From: Candidatus Kaiserbacteria bacterium RIFOXYD1_FULL_47_14
Lineage (GTDB): Bacteria > Patescibacteriota > Minisyncoccia > Phycocordibacterales > Phycocordibacteraceae
Direction of reading: 5' to 3'
NCBI GenBank assembly: GCA_001781915.1
Contig: MFMU01000003.1
Coordinates: 1,188 to 57,968, forward strand
DNA length: 56,781 nt
Under the pieces are notes generated by a model, which made no database searches, was not told where the DNA came from, and saw only the letters and a list, made by a program, of their open reading frames with translations. Of the stretch, positions 51,289 through 56,781 are shown piece by piece; positions within the stretch are counted from its first letter, which is position 1, and every line of letters starts with the position of its first letter. A program made the translations under genes and the position numbers.

Positions 51289-52233
51289 ATGAATGACCTC
51301 ATTATTATTGGCGGCGGGCCTGCGGGTATCGCTGCGGGCGTGTATGCAGCGCGGAAACATCTGAAGACGATTCTTATCTCGGGAGAGATTGGCGGACAAT
51401 CGATTGTATCAGATGATATAGAAAATTGGATCGGCACGCCGAAAGTGAGCGGTGCTGACCTCGCGAAATCGCTACGCGCGCATCTTGATGCAGTGAAATG
51501 CGATATCGTAAAGTTAGCGCTTGGCGAGCGAGTTGTCTCGCTAGAATCACTTGGCGGTGAAACCCACAAGTTGCTTGGGGGTTTCACCGCCAAAACGAAA
51601 TCGGGGAAAGACTTCTCTGCGAAAGCTATACTCATCGCCTCGGGCGCGCGCCGCCGGAAGCTTGATGTCCCCGGTGCCGATAAGTTTGAAAATAAAGGCG
51701 TAACCTACTGCGCTTCCTGCGATGGTCTTCTCTTCGCAGACAAAGATGTCGCGGTCATCGGAGGCGGTAATGCCGGCTTCGAGACCGCGCTCCAGCTCCT
51801 CGCCTATGCAAAGTCAGTAACGCTTATCCATCGACATCAGGAGTTTAAGGCCGATCCTGTCTCTGTTGAAAAAGCTCTCGCCCACTCGGCTATGAGCGTG
51901 ATTCGGAATGCCGAACCGGTTGAAGTGATGGGCAAACAATTTGTGACTGGTCTGAAATATAAAGATGTCATTTCAGAAGAAGTGAAAGAACTCGCGGTCT
52001 CTGGCATCTTCGTCGAAGCGGGCGTGATGCCGAACACTGATTTTGCCGAAGGACTTGTCGAGTTCGATTCGGTGAAGCGCGTAAAGACCGACCCGCGCAC
52101 CCAGCGCACGAGCGTCGAGGGCATCTGGGCAGCTGGCGACTGCACCGACGAACTCTACCATCAGAACAACATCGCCGCCGGCGACGGCGTTAAAGCGGCA
52201 GAAGATATCTATCTTTGGATAAAGAAACACTAA
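51289..52233 (+). CDS. trxB: thioredoxin-disulfide reductase carrying a palindromic insertion
   Basis: IIIGGGPAGIAAGVYAAR, redox CASCDG, GGGNAGFETA and AAGDCTD. Confidence 0.9.
   Translation: MNDLIIIGGGPAGIAAGVYAARKHLKTILISGEIGGQSIVSDDIENWIGTPKVSGADLAKSLRAHLDAVKCDIVKLALGERVVSLESLGGETHKLLGGFTAKTKSGKDFSAKAILIASGARRRKLDVPGADKFENKGVTYCASCDGLLFADKDVAVIGGGNAGFETALQLLAYAKSVTLIHRHQEFKADPVSVEKALAHSAMSVIRNAEPVEVMGKQFVTGLKYKDVISEEVKELAVSGIFVEAGVMPNTDFAEGLVEFDSVKRVKTDPRTQRTSVEGIWAAGDCTDELYHQNNIAAGDGVKAAEDIYLWIKKH
51550..51593. repeat. 44-nt palindrome in-frame region of trxB
   Basis: TTGGCGGTGAAACCC-aCAAG-ttg-CTTGg-GGGTTTCACCGCCAA. Encodes LGGETHKLLGGFTAK. Confidence 0.9.
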
Positions 52234-52298
52234 AAGTGACAAATGTGACACAAGAATGAGATACTCGTGTATCGCTTTATTACAGATCAATTAATTTT

Positions 52299-53513
52299 TT
52301 ATCCAAACATCAGAAATTCTGGTTTGAATATAAGCAAAATCCCAATCATTAACATTACGAGTCCGCCAATAAGTCGTGCAATTCTTGCATATTTGGTCGT
52401 GATTCCTGTCATTTCTAATGTAATCATAGCAACAAAGAAGACAAACAAATCATCTAGCATGAAGAAGAAAATATATATCGCTATATAAAGGTAATACTGC
52501 AAACCATTCATTTGGTTCAACGATAAAACTTGCGTATATATCGCTGGTAATCCAGCAGAACAAATAAGTTCAACTAAATTAACGACAAAAGCTAAAACAA
52601 TTATTCCTCCAATTGCAAGCCATAAACTATTCTGTTGAACTATCAACCTAATCTTTTCGAAAGTTTTTTGTCTTTTCTCGTCACCGACCACTTTACATCC
52701 ACTAATTTTGTTAAATAAAAATTCTTTTATGCTGTAGCCACCACCTAAAAGAGCTAAGATGCCAATTGATATTCTGAACCAGATAACAAATCCTAAAAAT
52801 AATATCAAGTTGAGCCAAGCTGCCATAAATAGGAAGTAAACGGAAGCCGAAGCAGTAATGAATATTGTCCCCAAAATCCACATTCTTTTCCTATTGTTCA
52901 TTCCCAATAACAAACTAATTAAAAATAAAAGCGTCCACATCGCACATGGATTAAATCCGTCTAATAGACCCATGACTATAGTCAGTATAGGTAACGAAAA
53001 ACTTACAGCATCAATTTCACCAATGATAGGCAGTTTTATTATTTTTTCTGTAAAAACATTTCCAGTATTTTCATTTTTTAATTCTTGTACGATTTCTTTT
53101 TCTTTAATCCCAACAATAGAAGCGATTGGATCCGAACATTTATGAATGGAACATTCAGCAACTTTTTGTTTAATTTCTTTTGAAGTAATTCCATCAGCAT
53201 AACCAACAAAATGGTGACCGCCTATAATTAAAAACGGCACACCATCCACGCCAACTCCTAATTCGTTCGATACTTGTTGTAAAAGAAGAATATTATTTCT
53301 ATTATTATAAATTTCATACTCATAAATTTCTAAATTCGAATATTCACTTTTTAAGTCATTAAACAGGAATTGTCTTTCTTGGGCACAATGTGGACAGCCG
53401 TCACCATAAAAAAGATATGCATTGACTGGAAGATTGCCAGCAGAAACTGTTTGGGGCAATAAAATTAAACAAAATAAAGAAGCTATAATTATATTTTTGG
53501 CAGTTAATTTCAT
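52299..53513 (-). CDS. secreted thioredoxin-fold domain fused to a DsbD/CcdA-like membrane domain
   Basis: Signal peptide. YGDGCPHCAQE (CxxC). Membrane part has GLLDGFNPCAMWTLLFL. Confidence 0.65.
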   Translation of the reverse strand: MKLTAKNIIIASLFCLILLPQTVSAGNLPVNAYLFYGDGCPHCAQERQFLFNDLKSEYSNLEIYEYEIYNNRNNILLLQQVSNELGVGVDGVPFLIIGGHHFVGYADGITSKEIKQKVAECSIHKCSDPIASIVGIKEKEIVQELKNENTGNVFTEKIIKLPIIGEIDAVSFSLPILTIVMGLLDGFNPCAMWTLLFLISLLLGMNNRKRMWILGTIFITASASVYFLFMAAWLNLILFLGFVIWFRISIGILALLGGGYSIKEFLFNKISGCKVVGDEKRQKTFEKIRLIVQQNSLWLAIGGIIVLAFVVNLVELICSAGLPAIYTQVLSLNQMNGLQYYLYIAIYIFFFMLDDLFVFFVAMITLEMTGITTKYARIARLIGGLVMLMIGILLIFKPEFLMFG

Positions 53514-53516
53514 AAA

Positions 53517-53792
53517 TTATGATTCTTTGTTTTGACTAATGATTTCAATCAATTTGTTTTTCTCTATTTCCCCATTTAACCGCAAAAACTCATTTCCATT
53601 CTTGTCTAAAAAGATAAAAACAGGTAAGACATTAGCAATGTGATATTTATCCACGAATTCTTTATCCTGATCAAAGTCATAATATTCTGTCTGAAGCCAT
53701 GGATTTTCTGTTTCTATTTCTTGCCACCTCGGTTTCATAATGAGACATCCCGGACACCAGATTGCACCAAATTTTAGTACTTTCATAGTCAA
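53517..53792 (-). CDS. thioredoxin
   Basis: FGAIWCPGCLIMKP (WCPGC active site). 91 aa. Confidence 0.8.
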   Translation of the reverse strand: MTMKVLKFGAIWCPGCLIMKPRWQEIETENPWLQTEYYDFDQDKEFVDKYHIANVLPVFIFLDKNGNEFLRLNGEIEKNKLIEIISQNKES

Positions 53793-53812
53793 TGATTATA
53801 TTAATAATAAGA

Positions 53813-54088
53813 TTACTCGTTAATTTTTATCGCTTTCCCTTCCACAAGGGCCACCGCTATTTTCTTATATGCAGAAGTCAAAATGCGTTGGAATGTGCTT
53901 TGCGATGTTTTCATTTTGAGTGCGGCTTCGGTTTGTTCCAACCCTTGAACATTTTTGAGACGAATTGCTTCCATCTCTTCAAGGGATAACTCAACCTCTT
54001 TAAGAAAGCGCAGCGGTATGCCTTGAGGTTTGAAATACCTTGCTGTGTGATTAAAACCTATTCGTCTGCATAATTTTGGTCGTGGCAT
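53813..54088 (-). CDS. DUF134 (UPF0251) DNA-binding protein
   Basis: MPRPK.CRRI....ARYFKPQGIP....EV.L.LEEMEAIRL...GL.Q.EAA..M..SQSTFQRIL..A.KKIA.ALV.GKAI.I, the canonical DUF134 pattern. Confidence 0.75.
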   Translation of the reverse strand: MPRPKLCRRIGFNHTARYFKPQGIPLRFLKEVELSLEEMEAIRLKNVQGLEQTEAALKMKTSQSTFQRILTSAYKKIAVALVEGKAIKINE

Positions 54089-54159
54089 TTTTGTATTACT
54101 AAGTATACCAATACAAACGAAGCCACCTTTCAGATAGCATCGTTTGCTTTTATGAAACC

Positions 54160-54333
54160 TTACTTCTCTAGAGACGCTATTTCCTCTTCAATCATTTTTT
54201 TATCTTCTTTGAGAAGCGTCAATCTTTCTTCTTTGGACATCCCCTGTCTTTGATACAGGAAAGGGCATCTGCCCATTCCTCTTCCAGTTCTTGGTCCTAA
54301 TCCCATAGGGCCTGTTCCATCCAGTCGTGGCAT
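54160..54333 (-). CDS. DUF5320-like small protein (57 aa, not in ORF track)
   Basis: My translation: MPRLDGTGPMGLGPRTGRGMGRCPFLYQRQGMSKEERLTLLKEDKKMIEEEIASLEK*. The MPR.DGTGP.G.GP.TGRG..C start plus a coiled-coil tail matches DUF5320 as I recall it. Confidence 0.55.
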   Translation of the reverse strand: MPRLDGTGPMGLGPRTGRGMGRCPFLYQRQGMSKEERLTLLKEDKKMIEEEIASLEK

Positions 54334-54579
54334 ATAATTTCAATGGTTAAGTTCTGATAATATCGACCTTATTACGAGTATATACCCATAACTAATATTA
54401 TGCAAATTGGCGGTGTTTGTTGGACAAAGTTCGAAACTATTTCGAGCAAAATCCAAACGATTAAAACTAATAAAAAGGACTCGGCAGGGCGAAACAATTT
54501 GTCTGGGGGAATGGATTCGCCCTGCCTCGGCTGATTTCCCGCCCGCAGGAGGGGTCTGGGGAGGAATGCGGGCGGGTTT

Positions 54580-54611
54580 CGGACTGGGGGTTTTCGGAAA
54601 TTCGGCGGCTA
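54580..54611. repeat. left copy of a perfect inverted repeat of at least 32 bp
   Basis: CGGACTGGGGGTTTTCGGAAATTCGGCGGCTA is the reverse complement of 56750..56781. Confidence 0.95.
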
Positions 54612-55202
54612 TTACAATAATGATTCTATCTCGGACTTCATCTGATTAAAAATCTTGATATGTCCTTTAGTGTTCGGATGAAGTCCGTCAATAAGGTCGT
54701 CGTTTCCAACGACGCTTTCCATTGGGATGAATTTCAGCTTGTTGTCCTCGCAAAATTTCTTTATTGCATTATCTAGTCGTTTAATGTTTTCGTTGGTATA
54801 GGATTTATCGGGTTTCCACGGACAAGGAGTAGTTTTTGATTCATCCACTTTTGTTAAACCAACAAAAACAACTTTGTCGGTAAACTTCTCGGCGATAGAA
54901 AAAAGTTTTGCGAGATTTTGCTGAAATTCATCAAGCGAAACGCGCAAGCCGTTTGTAGAGTGGATAAATTGAGCGTCATTGATTCCGATAGCGAAAATTA
55001 TCAAATTCGGCTCGCGCGATTTCGCTTCAACTTCGATTCTGTTGAGTAAGTCGGCTGTGGTATCTCCGGAAATACCAAGATTGTAAACGTCTGTGTCATT
55101 ATCTTTTTCCTCAAAATAATTTCGTAGACGAGTAGCCCAGCCACCTTGCTCTGGATCGTATGCACCCCAAGTTATGCTGTCGCCAAAAATTAAAATATTC
55201 AT
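54612..55202 (-). CDS. SGNH/GDSL hydrolase
   Basis: ILIFGDSITWG (block I), GINDA and DGLHPN (block V). Confidence 0.8.
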   Translation of the reverse strand: MNILIFGDSITWGAYDPEQGGWATRLRNYFEEKDNDTDVYNLGISGDTTADLLNRIEVEAKSREPNLIIFAIGINDAQFIHSTNGLRVSLDEFQQNLAKLFSIAEKFTDKVVFVGLTKVDESKTTPCPWKPDKSYTNENIKRLDNAIKKFCEDNKLKFIPMESVVGNDDLIDGLHPNTKGHIKIFNQMKSEIESLL

Positions 55203-55205
55203 AAA

Positions 55206-55595
55206 TTATCTTTCCCAAATTTTATCATCGGGGGCAAAATCGACCTGATATTCGGGTATGCCAAGCGAAATGCCATAGCGTTTCGCTTCATCGTATTGTT
55301 CTTTACTTTTTCGGTCTATGTAAAAAACTTTGTCGCGGAAAATGATGTAATGATGAGTGTCGTTTTTGAAATCGGCATACCAGTTATGCTTGGAATCTAG
55401 TGCCTTACTGATTTTTTCCGCGACACCAGTAACTTGATTTTCTGGAATTTCAACAGTGTGAAGAGTCCATTGTTTTATCCACGGAGTTTTATGTTCTTCC
55501 ACAACTTCCTCAACTTTCGTCTCCAAAATTTTGACATCTTTGAGAATGTCTTTGTTCTCTAAACTTTCTTCAATGATTACGCCTTGATAGTTCAT
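55206..55595 (-). CDS. hypothetical protein
   Basis: 129-aa AT-rich ORF, tightly packed in the operon. Confidence 0.5.
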   Translation of the reverse strand: MNYQGVIIEESLENKDILKDVKILETKVEEVVEEHKTPWIKQWTLHTVEIPENQVTGVAEKISKALDSKHNWYADFKNDTHHYIIFRDKVFYIDRKSKEQYDEAKRYGISLGIPEYQVDFAPDDKIWER

Positions 55596-55599
55596 AATT

Positions 55600-56127
55600 T
55601 TATTGCTTAACTCTTACTTTTTCCGTCATTGCTCTCGTGCTTATATAAGCAAGAGCATCACAATCTGGGTCAGATAGCTCAATCATATCTAAATCAGGGC
55701 GATCAAATATTTTCGCTCCATTGATTTGCGAACCACTTTGCAAAGATTTTTTAAGCTCAATATATTTTTCGTCATCGAGAACAAAATCAACATCACCAAC
55801 TTGCGCTCTATATTGGTCTGGTCTGCGAATGTAAAGATATGTGTATGTAGTTTCCGGAACATCTTCGTGAGCAGGAATAGTTATGGGATTATGGAGACGA
55901 AAATATTTTTGATTAAAATTATCAGATTGCTCTGTTAATTCTTCACGCAATTTTGTGAGTAATATGTATTCCTCATCATAATGACAAAATATTCCCATAT
56001 TTCCTGCAACTGGAAGATATTTTCCAAATGCTTTTTTACACAATTCAAAACAAGCAAAGTGCGTATGCTTTATTGCTTCTAGTAATTCTTTCTCATTTTT
56101 TATTGGGCTGAATCTGTATAATTTCAT
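55600..56127 (-). CDS. hypothetical protein
   Basis: 175-aa AT-rich ORF, tightly packed in the operon. Confidence 0.5.
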   Translation of the reverse strand: MKLYRFSPIKNEKELLEAIKHTHFACFELCKKAFGKYLPVAGNMGIFCHYDEEYILLTKLREELTEQSDNFNQKYFRLHNPITIPAHEDVPETTYTYLYIRRPDQYRAQVGDVDFVLDDEKYIELKKSLQSGSQINGAKIFDRPDLDMIELSDPDCDALAYISTRAMTEKVRVKQ

Positions 56128-56148
56128 ATTTTTATACTAAACAAAAAA

Positions 56149-56454
56149 CTAACCTTTTTGTCCTTTAAGAATTATCTTTCCATCAAAAGCTCCTCTCTCT
56201 TCAGATTTTTTCTTCCGTAATTCTTCCACATTTACATAATCAGGTAATTTTTTTAATGCTTCAATTACTTCTATTACATCAGCTAATTCTTCTGGACTAC
56301 CTGCTTCGGAAAATTCCCTTGTTTCTTCTTCAAGCTTTTTAATCAACTCCACCTTATATTCTTCTGGTGTGGCAACCCTCTTTTCATAAGAAACCCCTTG
56401 TTTGTCCAAAATATCTGGGATTTTGTCTCTAACTAATTTGTTGTAATTTTCCAT
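56149..56454 (-). CDS. MazG-like nucleoside triphosphate pyrophosphohydrolase (small all-alpha NTP-PPase)
   Basis: KLVRDKIPDI...KLEEETREF...EELADVIEVIEAL, an EExxE-type acidic motif. Confidence 0.65.
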   Translation of the reverse strand: MENYNKLVRDKIPDILDKQGVSYEKRVATPEEYKVELIKKLEEETREFSEAGSPEELADVIEVIEALKKLPDYVNVEELRKKKSEERGAFDGKIILKGQKG

Positions 56455-56458
56455 AAAT

Positions 56459-56671
56459 TTATTTTATCAAATTATCAATACTTATTCCCAATCCCACAGC
56501 AATCTTGGTAACGGTTTGGATTGACGGTTTCGTTATCACATTTGATTCAATCTTGGTCAGTGTTGTATAGGGAATATCGCACTTTCTCGCAAGCGCGTCC
56601 TGTGTCAGTCCTTGCTTTGCTCGAAAGACTTTTATTTTATCCCCAATTTGTTTATTTTGTTTGCTTTCCAT
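56459..56671 (-). CDS. XRE-family helix-turn-helix regulator
   Basis: IKVFRAKQGLTQDALARKCDIPYTTLTKIESN, a classic HTH_3 pattern. Confidence 0.8.
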   Translation of the reverse strand: MESKQNKQIGDKIKVFRAKQGLTQDALARKCDIPYTTLTKIESNVITKPSIQTVTKIAVGLGISIDNLIK

Positions 56672-56749
56672 AGTATGATAGTATAAGTATGAGCGTTGAA
56701 ACTAACCCTCACAACTATACTAACATGAATTTAATTTTTTCTCAATTTG

Positions 56750-56781
56750 TAGCCGCCGAATTTCCGAAAACCCCCAGTCCG
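56750..56781. repeat. right copy of the inverted repeat of at least 32 bp (cut by window end)
   Basis: TAGCCGCCGAATTTCCGAAAACCCCCAGTCCG. The match runs to the last base of the window. Confidence 0.95.

Noticed and set aside
54407-54649. 80-aa ORF over the GC-rich island
   Set aside because: Gly/Ala/Arg-rich translation of palindromic, repeat DNA. It has no SD and overlaps the inverted repeat and the SGNH gene end.
1-56781. Search for CRISPR arrays, rRNA genes, tmRNA and prophage structural genes
   Set aside because: No regularly spaced direct repeats, no rRNA-like conserved stretches, and no tRNA-like 3' domain with a tag ORF were seen. The repeats present are palindromes, inverted repeats or gene duplications.

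Overview
56.8-kb bacterial fragment. The gene content looks like a small-genome, CPR/Patescibacteria-like organism; this is inferred from short housekeeping genes, arrays of small two-TM pilin-like proteins and a free-standing LAGLIDADG gene, with no database search run. Housekeeping backbone: an ABC exporter; a glycerate kinase-ppsA-eno-2-hydroxyacid dehydrogenase operon; murA; infB-rbfA; gyrA; rpsA; pth; lepB; rpsU-ybeY-ftsA...ftsZ; trxB; and seven tRNA genes. Accessory content is interleaved with it.

(1) Two diverged copies of a locus encode a radical SAM/SPASM enzyme plus a small Cys-rich peptide and an adjacent HExxH protein. One peptide is a 45-aa ORF absent from the ORF track. One locus is disrupted by back-to-back IS3- and IS30-family elements.

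(2) Two IS200/RAYT-like HUH transposase genes are each bracketed by 21-nt palindromes. Related long perfect palindromes sit in-frame inside enolase, glycerate kinase, thioredoxin reductase and an MBL-fold gene.

(3) A tandem array of seven TrbC/VirB2-like small membrane proteins.

(4) A tandem duplication of an SPFH + membrane-protein module containing a 90-bp identical tract.

(5) An AT-rich restriction-modification pair inserted between ftsA and ftsZ.

(6) An AT-rich five-gene cassette bounded by a perfect inverted repeat of at least 32 bp that is cut by the window edge.

No rRNA genes or CRISPR arrays were seen. All family names come from motif recognition by eye. Start codons and repeat borders are approximate where stated.
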